From Carcharhinus amblyrhynchos (Eukaryota), in NCBI GenBank assembly GCA_965287045.1, contig OZ336885.1, positions 19,778,001-19,842,000 of the forward strand: a stretch of DNA of 64,000 bases, written 5' to 3'. Within the stretch, counting starts at the first letter, position 1; every line of letters starts with the position of its first letter. The notes beneath the pieces were generated by a model, which did not search any database, was not told the DNA's origin, and saw nothing but the letters and a program-made list of their open reading frames with translations. The translations under genes and the position numbers were made by a program. This document shows, one piece after another, positions 36,247 to 48,620 of the stretch.

Positions 36247-37342
36247 TCATAGAACATAGAACATAGAACACTACAGCACAAACAGGCCCTTCGGCCCACG
36301 AGTTGCGCCGATCACATCAACACCTATCTATAACCCCCAATCCCATAAAACCCCATATACTCATCCAGAAGTCTTTTAAAAGACCCCAGCGAGTTCGCCT
36401 CCACCACCACTGACGGCAGCCGATTCCACTCGCTCACCACCCTCTGAGTGAAAAACTTACCCCTAACATCACTTCTGTACTTTCCTCCCCGCACCTTAAA
36501 TCTGTGTCCTCTCGTAGCGACCATTTCAACCCGGGGAAATAGCCTCTGAGAATCCACCCTATCCATTCCTCTCAACATTTTATAAACCTCTATCAGGTCG
36601 CCTCTCAACCTTCGTCTCTCCAGGGAAAAGAGACCCAGCTCCCTCAACCTAACTTCATAAGGCATGCCTCCCAGTCCAGGCAACATCCTTGTAAATCTCC
36701 TCTGTACCCTTTCAATAGCTTGTACGTCTTTCCTATAGTGACTTGACCAGAACTGCGCACAGTACTCCAAATGAGGCCTGACAAGGGTCTTATAAAGTTG
36801 CAGCATTACCTCCCGACTCCTAAACTCAATCCCTCGATTAATGAAGGCCAGTACACCATACGCCTTCTTGACCACCTCTTCCACCTGCGAGGCCGATTTA
36901 AGAGTCCTGTGGACCCGGACCCCAAGATCCTTCTGCTCTTCAACACTACTAAGACTCCTGCCCTTGACAGTGTACTCATTCATCCCGTTGGTTCTGCCAA
37001 AATGGACGACTACGCATTTATCCGCGTTGAAGTCCATCTGCCACTTCTCCGCCCAGTCCTGCATCCTATTTATGTCCTGCTGCAACTTTTGACATCCTTC
37101 CAGACCATCCACAACACCACCGACCTTCGTGTCATCAGCGAACTTACTTACCCATCCCTCCACTTCCTCATCCAGGTCATTTATGAAAATGACAAACAGC
37201 AAGGGTCCTAGAACAGATCCCTGGGGCACTCCACTGGTGACTGACCTCCATTCAGAAAAAGACCCATCCACAACCACTCTCTGCCTTCTGCAGGCAAGCC
37301 AGTTCTGGATCCACAAGGCCAAAGGCCCTTGGATCCCATATC
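36247..37342 (-). mobile_element. Young CR1 (HER1-like), 5'-truncated, with an uninterrupted 332-codon ORF2 C-terminal part
   Basis: ORF 36324-37322: SGVPQGSVLGP, KFADDTK, LVRPHLEYC, FFTQRVVSEWN; (TTCTATG)n tail. Confidence 0.97.
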
Positions 37343-37419
37343 ATTGAAATGTTCAACTTAACCTTGTAAAGTTACAGGCACTAAAGCTGGCTACCATCAT
37401 TATGCCTTTATCTCTACTT

Positions 37420-37930
37420 TCTCAGAAGACCAAGGAAATTTGGCATGTCAGCTACAACTCTCTCCAACTTTTACTGATGCACCATAGAAAGCATTCTTTC
37501 TGTTTGTATCACAGCTTGGTATGGCTCCTGCTTTGCCCAGGACCGTAAGAAACTACAAAAGGTCACGAATGTAGCCCAATCTATCACGCAAACCAGCCCC
37601 CCATACACTTCCTGCTGCCTCGGTAAAGCAGCTAGTTTAATTAAGGACCCCAGACATTCTCTCTTCCACATTCTTCTGTGGGGAAGAAGATACAAAAGTC
37701 TGAGGTCATGTACCAGCCGACTCAAGAACAGCTTCTTCCCAGCTGCCATCAGATTTTTGAATTGGTTTACCTTGCATTAAGTTGATCTTTCTCTACATCG
37801 TAGCTATGACTGTAACGCTACATTCTTTACTCTCTCATTTCCTCCTCCGTGTACTGTATGCTTTGTCTGTGTAGTGCGCAAGAAACAATATGTTACTGTA
37901 TTAATATGTTAATACATGTGACAATAATAG
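37420..37930 (+). mobile_element. Rex1/Babar 3' fragment
   Basis: CACCATAGAAAGCATTCTTTC (TIESIL), CTCAAGAACAGCTTCTTCC; end ATGTTAATACATGTGACAATAAT. Confidence 0.88.
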
Positions 37931-38367
37931 AATCATAGAATCAAAGAATCCCTATAGTGCAAAAGGAGACTATTCAATTCATTGAACCTGCATTGACAAC
38001 ATCCCACCCAGGCCCTATGATTTGATTTGATTTGATTTATTATTGTCACATCTGTTAACGTACAGTGAAAACTATTGTTTCTTGCGCACTCTGCAGACAA
38101 AGCTGTTCTTGAGTCAGTTGGTACATGACTTCAGTAACCCCATGCATTTATCCTGCCAATTCCCCTGACACTAAGGGGCAATTTAGTCTGGCCAATCAAC
38201 TTATCCCACACATCTTTTAACTGTGGGAGGAAACTGGAACACCCAGAGGAAATCCACACAGACACAGGGAGAATGTGCAAACTCCGTAGTCACCCGAGGT
38301 CGGAATTGAACCTGGGTCCCCTGGCGCTGTGGGGCAGCAGTGCTAACCACTGCACTACTGTGCCGCA
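37930..38367 (-). mobile_element. HE1 V-SINE, tail A, interrupted by a Rex1 stub at 38018-38135
   Basis: SINE sequence CAGGCCCTA resumes as GTAACCCCATGCATTTA after a (GATTT)n-tailed Rex1 fragment. Confidence 0.85.
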
Positions 38368-38409
38368 TATTTGGATTTTTCAAGAAAAGGTGCAATGCAT
38401 ATATATTTT

Positions 38410-38745
38410 TATTCATTCCTGGGATGCGGCTGTTGTTGGTTAGACTAGCATTTATTGCCCATTCCTAATTGCCATTCAGGAGGTAGGGGTGAGCTGTCTT
38501 CTTGAGCTGCAGCAGATGGTTTAGATACACCAACAGCTATTAGGGATGGAATTTCAAGTTTTTGACCCAGTGACAGGTGAAGGAATGATCACATATTTCC
38601 AAGTCAGGATGGTGAATGACTTGGAAGGGCCTTTCAGGTGGTGGTGTTCGCATATGTCTTGTCCTTGTCTTTCTAGACTGTGGTGGCCGTGGGTTTGGAT
38701 GGTGCTGTATAAGGAGTGTGGTGAGTTCCTGTAGTGCAGATGATG
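38410..38745 (-). mobile_element. LINE-X 3' fragment
   Basis: CTAGCATTTATTGCCCATTCCTAATTGCC tail; TTCCAAGTCAGGATGGTG. Confidence 0.75.
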
Positions 38746-38764
38746 AGCCTCAGCAGGGATTGGA

Positions 38765-38930
38765 TATACACACATGCACGCGCACACATGCGTGCACACA
38801 CATAGGTGCACATGCACATGCACACACACACACATATACAGACATGCATAGACACATGAGCGCACACAAACATGCATGCGCATACACACACACACATGTA
38901 TACACGCACGCACAAACACATGCACACAAT
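38765..38930. repeat. Degenerate (CA)n/(CATG) microsatellite
   Basis: Alternating purine-pyrimidine run of about 165 bp. Confidence 0.95.
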
Positions 38931-39159
38931 TGGATTCATTTGGAAAAGACATGTACATAACTTTTGCTTGTTAAGTTGAGGTGTTTGCACCCTACATCCA
39001 ATTGATCTTTTATTGCCAGGAGTGTTATTGCATTTACAAAACTGGTTAAAAACTGGAATATTGATTTTACGTCCTCCAGTATTTACATAGAGAATAGTTA
39101 ATCCAGATTAATTCCCTAAAAGGGTACCAAGTTATCATATATCACTTGGTTGAGGGCTC

Positions 39160-39578
39160 GAGAAACTTGAAACCACAAAACAGCCCATTTGATTGGCACT
39201 TCCTCCACTGCTGATACACAGTGTATACCATGGACAAACCCTGCAGCAACTCACCAAGCCTCCTTTGACAGCCATTTGCAAACCAACAACCACTGCCATC
39301 TGAAAGAACAAGGGCAAAAGATCCTTGGGAACATCATTGTCTGCAAGTTCCCCTCCAAGCCTCTCACCATCTTGACTTGGAACTGTATCACTGTTTCTTC
39401 ACTTTTGCTGGATCAAAATCCTGGAACTGCCTTTTCTAACTGTACTGTGGGTGAATGTACATCAAATATAGCAGCAGCTCAAGAAGGCAAATCCCCACCA
39501 CCTTCTCAAGGGCAATTAGAGATGTGCAATAAATGCTGACCTAGCCAGCAACACTCACATCCCATGAGTGAGTAAATT
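39160..39578 (+). mobile_element. LINE-X 3' fragment
   Basis: CAGCCCATTTGATTGGCAC..CACCTTCTCAAGGGCAATTAGAGATGTGCAATAAATGCTG. Confidence 0.75.
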
Positions 39579-41178
39579 TTAACAAGCTAAGGGAGGGAAT
39601 ATTATCAGTCCTCTTGTTTCTAGTTCATATCCACTGATTCATATGCCACTATTTGCTAAGTTCAGGGTCAGGATTTCTGCTTTATATAGCAAAATAGCCC
39701 TCCAAGTGTGACAACTTGGTCAGCACATGATTTATTCTTGTTAGCCTCTAGGGTAAACAACAGCCCCGTAAGCAATGTACCAGCACCAAAGGTTGACTGA
39801 GCCTTTTGTCAGGCGTTGTTTGATAGTCAAGCTCATGAAGCAGATTGGGACATTTTACCACATTACAGATGCTGTAAAAGCAAATTGTTGTTGTATACCC
39901 ATAAGTCAACAATGAATCAAAGTTTTCGACAAAGGAGCAATGTATCGATTGTTTTTATCTCCCCTGTGGTAGTCTTTTTGTTGCTAACCTTTCAGATACT
40001 TCAAAACCCAATGACAAAGTAAAACAATATGTCGTACAAAAGGTGTTTAAGAGGCATGCAAAAAAAGCAGTGAATCGTAATAGTAATAAATAATGGCATG
40101 TAAGGGAAGGAGAAAATTGGCTGAAGGAGAAATTAAATCAAGGTACTTAAACTTTAGAACTCTGTTCTCATGCTCTTTCATAGAGAGGCATCACAGAATG
40201 ATTAATTCAGAGAAGGAAGCCATTTGACTCAATTCAGCCATGCCCTTCAGTACGAGAGTGAATGGGTACGCATGAGGTTCACATTGTCCTGATCCTTTAA
40301 AGGACGACGAAGCCTTGTGATCATGTGCCTTTGCTGAGAAGAAGTGATAACTGGAGGAGGGAGTCCTGGCCTCAAGACATCAGAAGGTGCTTCATCTTGG
40401 AATCTCTCTCCATCAACCCAGTCGTAAAGGCAGCCTACAAGAGCGAGGTGCAATTCCACTTTTTTCAGTGGGATCGGAGCTGTACGCCTTCAATCTGACA
40501 AAACGCCTCAATGTGCTCCATCTCCAACAACGGGACAGTGTATTCTCTGTTATCTCAATGACGAGACTGATAGGTGACACTTGGGCAACAGCAGCTGAGG
40601 ACATTGGTGTAAATCTATTCAGAGGTGAAGCAATCCTTTCTGTCACCTTCTTCTCTCTCACATTAACACCTATCATTCTTTGTTCAGGACACTGGCTGAC
40701 TTTTACCCTCACTTTATAATGCTTATGGATGACCTCAGGATGATGCTATTCAAACACTTGCATGCCAAATATTAAAATGCCTCCTCTTTAGCATACTCTT
40801 TGTGTTCTTGCAGCCAGCCCTGGCCTTCACAAACTCCAAAATTCTCCAATACCATAAAAGGCCATGGGGTCCTTGCTAATAAAGAGCACACCTCAGCTTC
40901 AGTACATCCTTGCTTCTATCACATTGCTCCTCTCAACATCATCTAAAACTACGATTTGTGTTTCCAGACCATGCTCAAAGGTTCTATTAATCTTCAAATA
41001 TCACCAATTACAACTCGCATCACTAGTCTCGGTCAATGTTTAGGTGATTGTAATGAGACACTTGTGACCATAATACAGACAATTCCAGGTTGAGAAACTC
41101 TCAAGGTTGTAGGTTCGAACACCAGTTCAATAATGTGGCTGAGAGGGACAGAGCTTTAGCACTTATTGGTGAGCTTTG

Positions 41179-41559
41179 CAGATGTAAACTTGGAAAGTCA
41201 GAAATGTGGTTGGAAGTCAGCACAGTGCATAGGAGCCCTGAGTATAGGCTTATAGCATGAAAACACTGTCAGATGACAGAGAGCACATGGAGGTGCATGG
41301 TAACTGACCTTTCCCAATGCATAAACACATTTCTCCTGTACACTACACCTTCACTGTTCAAGAACACAGATGAGACAGTAGATCACCTCTGCCTCAATCT
41401 TAAGCAGCTGAGAACGAGGTTCCTTCCACAAGTGCACTTAACTTGAGGGTCGAGGCATCAGTGATGACCAACAGGGTTTTCATGCTATGAACCTGTACTC
41501 GGAGCTCTTCTGCACTGCTGTCTGCCAATCACATTTTTGACTTTCCAAGTGTACATCTG
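41179..41559. repeat. About 90-bp imperfect inverted repeat pair (41179-41270 / 41471-41559)
   Basis: CAGATGTAAACTTGGAAAGTCAGAAATGTGGTTGG..TAGCATGAAAAC versus the reverse complement CAGATGTACACTTGGAAAGTCAAAAATGTGATTGG..TAGCATGAAAAC. Confidence 0.85.
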
Positions 41560-42224
41560 GAGAATTACCTGGGAAAGGGCCATACACTGTGGGGATAAGG
41601 AAGCAGATTACACAGACAAGAGGCCCATGATAATGACATGTGTGATAAGTTGGGGGAAAGGAACATGGTATCACACCTGATTGACAGCAACACAGCTCAT
41701 CATAAAAAGGAGGCATACACAAGCAATGTGAAATGAGTGTGATTCTATTTACATTTGTGAACATGATGTACATATTGTGAAAGCCATGCTATCATTGTGC
41801 TCCTAATCCTAATGCTAAGTCTATGCTTTTCTGACATCTATAGAGGAATTGGAGGTCGCCTGCTGACTGCTATCTCTTGTTACTTATGTCTTGTCTTCTA
41901 ATGACTTTGGCAGGCATCCTTTAGAGAGCTGAGACCTGGAGTGTGCTGGACTGCTTTGTGTCTCTTGCAGTAAGGCAGTTGCATCCTCTTTGGCTTATTG
42001 AGCTGGCAGTCATGGACTGCAGGAAGAAAGCATTGGGATTAGCCATGTCAAAGAGCCTATACCTACTTGGAGCTGTCAATGAATCTGTGAAATGACAGGC
42101 ACCCTACCCTTAAGGAGACCGTATCATCAATTTTCAGCACGAACCCAATAGTGGAAGCCCTCAGGTTTATGTCAAAAATTCAGTGAAATAGCAAGCAATG
42201 ATTTTTTAATACAGTCCAGACACA

Positions 42225-42333
42225 GGATGGAATTTTAAAGTCCCGTCACGGTGAAATGGAGCCAGGCCTTCAAATCTTCATTTTGGCAGTAATTGAAAAT
42301 CTCACCAAAGGGAGGGGCTGTAATATTCCGTCC
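42225..42333. mobile_element. Harbinger-type MITE
   Basis: GGATGGAATTTTA ... TAATATTCCGTCC imperfect TIRs. Confidence 0.45.
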
Positions 42334-42465
42334 ATTGTTTTCAATGATTTAAAGGGTAGGGATTTTAAATACATTGAATCCTTGATGGTTACCTTTGCCA
42401 GTTTTTTGTGACTCTTCAATAGTCCAGGTGAGCTTAATGAGTTTACGCAACATTCATGATTCGTG

Positions 42466-43540
42466 GGGTGGCACGGTGGCACAGTGGTTAGCACTGTTGT
42501 CTCACAGCTCCAGGGACCTGAGTTCAATTCCGGCTTGGATCACTATCTGTGTGGAGTTTGCACATTCTCCTCGTGTCTGCGTGGGTTTCCTCTGGGTGCT
42601 CCAGTTTCCTCCCACATAACGGTGCAGAGGGACCTCGGGGTCCTTGTGCATGAGTCGCAAAAACCCAGCCTGCAGGTGCAGCAGGTGGTCAGGAAGGCGA
42701 ATGGGATGCTGGCCTTCATAGCGAGGGGGATTGAATATAAAAGTAGGGAGGTCTTGCTGCAGCTGTATAGGGCATTGGTGAGGCCGCAGATGGAGTACTG
42801 TGTGCAGTTTTGGGCGCCGCACCTGCGCAAAGATATTTTGGCCTTGGAGGGAGTGCAGAGGAGGTTTACTAGGCTGATACCGGAGTTGAGGGGGTTGAGC
42901 TATGAGGAGAGGCTGAATAAACTGGGCTTGTACTCGTTAGAGTTTAGAAGAATGAGGGGAGATCTCATTGAGACGTATAAGATGATGAATGGGATGGATA
43001 GGATAGAGGTGGAAAGACTCTTCCCGCTCAAAAAAGACAGTAGGACTAGGGGGCACAGCCTCAAGATAAAAGGGGGGTGGTTTAGAACGGAGTTGAGGAG
43101 GAACTTCTTCACTCAAAGGGTGGTGAATCTCTGGAATTCTCTGCCCATTGAAGTGGTGGAGGCTGCCTCGCTAAATATTTTTAAGACGCGGGTTGATGGG
43201 TTTTTGATAGGAGAGGGGATTAAGGGTTATGGGGAGAGGGCGGGAAAGTGGAACTGAGCAGCGACAGATCAGCCATGATCTTATTGAATGGCGGGGCAGG
43301 CTCGAAGGGCTGGATGGCCTACTCCTGCTCCTATTTCTTATGTTCTTATGTGCGGGTTAGGTTCTTTGGCCATGCTAAATTGCCCCTTAGTGTCCCAGGA
43401 TGTGTACGTTAGAGGGATTAGCAGGGTAAATATGTGAGATTGCAGGTATAGGGCCTGGGTGGGATTGTTGAAAGTGTAGTCTCAATGGGCTGAATGGCCT
43501 ACTTCTGCCCTGTAGGTTTTCTATGATTCCGTGATTCTTA
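42466..43540 (+). mobile_element. HE1 V-SINE, tail A, split by a young CR1
   Basis: Head and V-domain 42466-42616; remainder ATGTGCGGGTTAGG..TTCTATGATT at 43348-43540. Confidence 0.9.
42619..43350 (+). mobile_element. Very young CR1 3' fragment, open frame to the stop, (TTCTTATG)n tail
   Basis: TVQRDLGVLVH..GERAGKWN*; nearly identical to 59677-60408. Confidence 0.97.
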
Positions 43541-43889
43541 ACAATCCAAAGGGACACCTGACCTCCTCTAAAGGTGTCCTGGGACCATATCCAAAGTGGT
43601 ACCCTCCCTCTCCCAAATGGCACCCCACTTTTCCAAAGGATTCCACAAAGTTCAGACCTGCTCCCCCTAAGTTTAACTTGCACATATCATGCTTTACACA
43701 TTTGGGTCACTGCAATGGGTACAGCTGCTGATTTAGTGGGGCAGCTACCTCTGCGAAACATGCTTGTGAAGTGTCCCCCTGAAAATGTTGTGTTCAGCAC
43801 GTGGAGGGATGGGACCCTGCGTCTTCTGATTTTCCACCGTTTCCATCATGGCCTGGGTTGAATAACCAGGCATATTGAGAAGTTTTTAA

Positions 43890-44162
43890 AATTTATTTAT
43901 TAGTCACAAGTAAAGTTTACATTAACACTGCAGTGAAGTTACTGTGAAATTCCCCTAGTTGCCACACTCTGGCGCCTGTTCAAGTCAGTGCACCTAACCA
44001 GCACATTTTTGGACTGTGGGAGGAAACCGGAGGACCCAGAGATCACCCATGCAGACACGGGGAGAGTGTGCAAACTCTGCACAGTGACCCAAGCTGGGAA
44101 TTGACCCCGGGTCCCTGACCCTGTGAGGCAGCAATGCTAACCACTGTGCCACCGTGCTGCCC
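43890..44162 (-). mobile_element. V-SINE, tail B
   Basis: TTTATTTATTAGTCACAAGTA..TTACATTAACACTGCAG tail; intact head. Confidence 0.9.
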
Positions 44163-44166
44163 TTTT

Positions 44167-44364
44167 GGGGAGAAATTCTCCAGTTGTTCATGCCAGTGAG
44201 GTTCTCTGGTCCTGCTGGCAGCACATTTCCACAGGTTTTGTGGTGGCATGGGGGGACATCAATGGGAAATCCTGCGGCAGGACCAGAGAATCCCATCGCC
44301 AATGAACAGCACGCCACCTCCCACCGCTGAGAAACATATGCATGGGAGGCTGGAGAATCTCACC
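44167..44364. mobile_element. Harbinger-type MITE
   Basis: GGGGAGAAATTCTCCAG ... CTGGAGAATCTCACC. Confidence 0.55.
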
Positions 44365-45319
44365 TATGGTAATGTGTTACAATTATAAATCAAAAGAAAA
44401 CTAACAGGAGCTAATAGAAAAGGTTAAAAATTGACCAAGATTAAACAGATTCAAAGTGAATATTTGAGGAAGCCAAAATGATCTAGGCATGGGCACACCC
44501 ATGGACAGAGGATGGAGGGCACAATGATGATCACTAAGTAACTCAAAGAAGAAAAGCAGCTGAAAGATTGAATCAGATTCAGGATAAAAGTGTATTATGT
44601 GTAACAAAGAAAATGTCGAAAGCTGAGCACTCGATACTTCTCTCTAGATTAGTTGCATGAATGCGAGGATGTAGCAAGGGCCTTGAAAAATGGGATGAAG
44701 AGCCTTGTGAATTGTAAAAAAAGAGATAAATGGGTGCTTAAAAGACTAAAAACAATGAAGTGATGCCCATTAAGATAAAGAAAAGGACAGGATTCTCCAC
44801 GCTTCCTGGAAAAGGCAATCATTGCTGGGTGAAATGAAGTGCCACAGACTAAGGAGTGGATACACTTGGACGGTGTAAAAGAAATTGACAAGATTGCCAG
44901 TCGGACTGGCAGTAGCATCTGCAGATGACAGACATATACTGCACAGGATTATACACGCTATCATCTCAGCTAAGAGGCTGGTAGAACTTGTAATGCTGGA
45001 TGATTACAGTAATGCCACTCATATAGCTGCTGGAGATTGTGAAAAAGGGCTGTACACTTCATGAGTAACCACATTTTCAGGGGAGATTCTCTTATGATGC
45101 TGAGAATCAAAAGCTACACGGCTTTTATTGATCAGGATCATTCGAGAGAAAAAGGCTAGGAAATTTCAGGATTGTTTTGTTCTCAAAAATATAGGAAGGC
45201 CTTAACCACCAGTTACTAAACAATTATTGTCCACCCTGTCAGTGGCTCCAAGGTGTACTTAGTTACAATTCACTTGAAGGATTAAGCCTTAAAATTGGGG
45301 TTACATTTCTGCAGGTACT

Positions 45320-45683
45320 TTTTTGTATTCATTCATGGGACATGAGTGCTGCTGGCTGGCCAGCATTTATTGCACACCCCCTAGTTGCCTGAGGGCAGTT
45401 GAGAATCAACCACGTTGCTGTAGCTATGGAGTCACACGTAGGCCAGACCAGGTAAGGGCAGCAGATTTCCTTCCCTAAAGGACGTTAGCGAATGAGATGG
45501 GTTTTTCTGACAATCGACAATGGTTTCATGGTCATTAGTAGATTCTTAATTCCAGATTTTTAAAAAATTGATTTCAAATTCCACCATCTACCTTGGCGGG
45601 ATTTGAACCCAAGCCCCCAGAGCATTAGCTCAGTTTCTGGATTAACGGTCTAACCATAATGCCACTAGGCCATCACCTGCCCA
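45320..45683 (-). mobile_element. tRNA-derived SINE family 2, full length
   Basis: Head GGGCAGGTGATGGCCTAGTGG, B box GGGTTCAAATCCC, LINE-X tail. Confidence 0.88.
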
Positions 45684-46381
45684 TATGTATCTTAAAAAAA
45701 GCTTTACTTAACATGGTGAACTTGGCTGCGTGTATCTGCTTATGAGCAGCAGTTAAGAGATTGGTTAAAAATGTCACCAGTCCTGGTTTTAGAAGGTAAC
45801 TATGGGGCTTAAAATTTAACCTCAGCAGGGGTGCTGAACTGAGGGTAGTGGTTTGGCTGGAGTTGATGAATGTACAGTGAAGTCAACGGGAAGATGGGTT
45901 GGCAAAAGTGCAGAATGGGCATCAGTTCCACACCAACCCATTTTATGACCCTTTCGATGCCAAGGTTTGCTTACTGCAATTTTCTGCCACAACCCTGCAG
46001 CCTGGGGATTGGTCCTGATGCCCAAGTGAGTGGGGAAAATGAAGCTGGCTCAGAACAAACAGGTCAAGTTGAACAACTATCCATTTACCATGTGCTTTTA
46101 GCGATAGCAGAAGAATATTACTCTGTCAGTAGCCTCTCGTTGATTGCTGGTCGAGTAGACCATCATTTACCTGATGATTGCAGGGGAATATGATGCTCTG
46201 ATGCCAAAAAAAATCATATCCTTGACTTTGGAGTGATCTGGGAACCGAAAGATTGTAGTCAATTTGTCTTTGACAGTTCAAGCCCTTTTGAGGATTCCTC
46301 AAAATCAGAAGCAATCAGTCAATACAGCTTGTCGTCATCTCTAATGATGAGGTGTCAAGTGCGGGATTCTCAGTTGGTACA

Positions 46382-46600
46382 GTACTGGATTGGGATGGGC
46401 ACAGTAAGAAGTCTCACAACACCAGGTTAAAGTTCAACAGGTAGGATGAGCTTTCGGAGCGTTGCTCCTCCATCAGGTGAGTGGAGAGGTAGGCTCGCAA
46501 ACAGGGTATATATAGGCAAAGACACAATTACAAGATAACTGCAGATTGGGATGTGAAGAATGGCTGGAGTTTGAGTGGTTACAAGTAATGAAGTCTTTAC
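46382..46600 (-). mobile_element. Penelope-like element terminus with a mutated hammerhead core
   Basis: CACAGTAAGAAGTCTCACAACACCAGGTTAAAG; minus strand cac-CTGATGG-aggagcaacgctcc-GAAA-gctc. Confidence 0.75.
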
Positions 46601-46611
46601 AGGCACAGACA

Positions 46612-46820
46612 AAACAGTACTATGGGACTTTTTATGTCTCTTGAGAAATTGGGCCTTGTAATTTCTCTGCTGAGAAACAGCATTTCTGACTGTCTAGCAC
46701 TCCCTCTGTCATGCATTGGAATGTCAGCCTTGATTTCTATATCAGGGTCCTGAAGTGGGGCTTGAACCCAATTGTCTACTAATTTAGAGACAAGAATGCA
46801 TTCAACTGAGCCACTGCTGT
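46612..46820 (-). mobile_element. DeuSINE 5' part
   Basis: AGCACTCCCTCTGTCATGCATTGGAATGTCAGCCTTGA..GTGGGGCTTGAACCCA. Confidence 0.55.
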
Positions 46821-46919
46821 TTTGAGTAAATTTGAGATTCTGACTGAGGTATCTCAATCATTAGAATCTACTGAGTTAAAATAGCAATCAGCAGGACTAG
46901 CACAGCAAAGCTTTAACAT

Positions 46920-47118
46920 TTTTTAATTCATTCGTGGAACAAAGACATTGCTGGCTGGCCAGCATTTATTGCCCATCCATAATTACCCTTTAACTGAGTT
47001 GCTTTGTTAGACCATTTCAGAGGGCAGTTGAGAATCGACCACATTGCTGTGGCCCTGGAGTCACATGTAGGCCAGACCAGGTAAGGGCAGCAAATTTCCT
47101 TTCCTAAAGGACATTAAT
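46920..47118 (-). mobile_element. SINE family 2, 3' half
   Basis: CCAGCATTTATTGCCCATCC..GGAGTCACATGTAGGCCAGACCAGGTAAG. Confidence 0.8.
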
Positions 47119-47203
47119 TCCCTGTCTTGTTTCTTCCAGGTGACATTAACATTCCCTACACTATGTACTCTGATTTATTGTTTCCATCTCTGAACTCTAT
47201 CTC

Positions 47204-47518
47204 AGCACGTTGGCACAGTGGTTAGCACTGCTACCACACACTGCCAGGGACCCGGGTTCAATCCCAGCCTCAAGACACTGTCTGTGTGGCATTTGCACAT
47301 TCTCCCCGTGTCTGTGTGGGTTTCCTCTGGGTGCTGCAGTTTCCTCCCACATTCCAAAGATGTGCAGGTTAAGTTGATTGGCCATGTTAAATTGACCCTA
47401 GTGTCAGGGATTAGCAGCGCAAATATGTGGGGTTACGGAAATCGGGCCTGGATGGGATTGTGGTTGGTGCAGAGTCGATGGGCTGAATGGCCTCCTCCTG
47501 CACTGTAGGGATTCTGAT
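47204..47518 (+). mobile_element. HE1 V-SINE, tail A
   Basis: Head, V-domain, CR1-like tail. Confidence 0.9.
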
Positions 47519-48084
47519 TGGCTCAGTTGATGCTTTTAGTTCACTGTTGACCACGGTCATTGTGACAAAGCTTTATTAGAAATTGTGGCCAGATCAGTTG
47601 ACATATATACATCAAGCCTTGTGAAGATGAACTAAGTTCATCTATTTACAGGATTGGATTGCCAAAGAAAAATCAGGTATCTGTTTATTGAGTGTGGAGT
47701 TATGATCCAGGGTCTGTACTAGTAGGTTTGAGACAGGCAGTATGCTAGCTTCCAATTCTTGCTTGAAATTTAGCATCCTTGCAAGTTGCTCACAATGGGT
47801 CAAGGTGAGAGGTAGGCCTACCTTGGTCAGTATGGGGATTGAACCTGCACTGTCGGTGTCAATCTGCACCACACTCTAACCATATAGCCAGCCCCCTGAA
47901 AAGTCAGGCACCGTGTACCCAGGAATTTCAAAGCAATGCCACCTAAGTGCCAACTGAGAATAATTACTTGTTTTCAGAAAATAGTATCCAGATGCTCAAG
48001 TCTTTCAAAAGCTAATTCACCCATTTGCCATTGCAGTGGAATCACCATAAACAATATTGGTTCTCCAACACCAGACACTGTTGT

Positions 48085-48620
48085 ACAGAATTATACAATG
48101 GGTACAGCACAGAAGGAGACCATTCAACCTGGTGTTTCTGTGCTGGCTCTCTGCAAGTGGAAATCAGCCAATCACACTTCCCTGCCATGTTCTTGGAGCC
48201 CTGTGTTTTTTCCCCCTCTGGGTGTTTATCAAAACTCCTTTTGAACATTCAGATTGAACTGGCTTCCACCACAATCTCAATTAGTGGCATTCCAGATTCC
48301 ACCCACTCACTGGGTAAAAAGCTTTTGTTGTCTTTAGCTTCTTTGCTAGTCACCTTACAATGATGATCTTTCTGCCAACTCTTGTGTTCAGGCCTGTCAC
48401 GATTTATCAAATCTCCTCTCAACCTTCTCTTCTCCAAGGAGAACAACCCCAGCTTCTCTAACCTAACCACATCGCTGATGTATCTCATCACAGGGAGCAT
48501 TCATGAATTGTTTTACCTGTACCCTCTCGAATGCCTTCACACCTTTCCTGATGTGTGATACCTAGAATTGAACATAATACCCCTATTGAGATTGAACCGG
48601 AATCTCACGAAGGTATATAT
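48085..48620 (-). mobile_element. Old CR1 3' fragment
   Basis: RLEKLGLFSLEKRRLRGDLI remnant. Confidence 0.75.

Noticed and set aside
38554-38990. His/Thr- and Cys/Val-rich ORFs
   Set aside because: They are translations of a CA/TG microsatellite
39590-39810. LF-SINE-like remnant
   Set aside because: Only a few short words match my recollection of the consensus; it cannot be supported without a profile search
42463-43257. 264-aa ORF as a novel chimeric protein
   Set aside because: It is a chance in-frame fusion of a V-SINE head to a truncated CR1 ORF2, with a non-ATG start
44400-45100. Purine-rich stretch as a decayed coding region
   Set aside because: There are multiple stops in the plus frames and no recognisable motif; the 8-bp hairpin at 44895-44911 is within chance expectation
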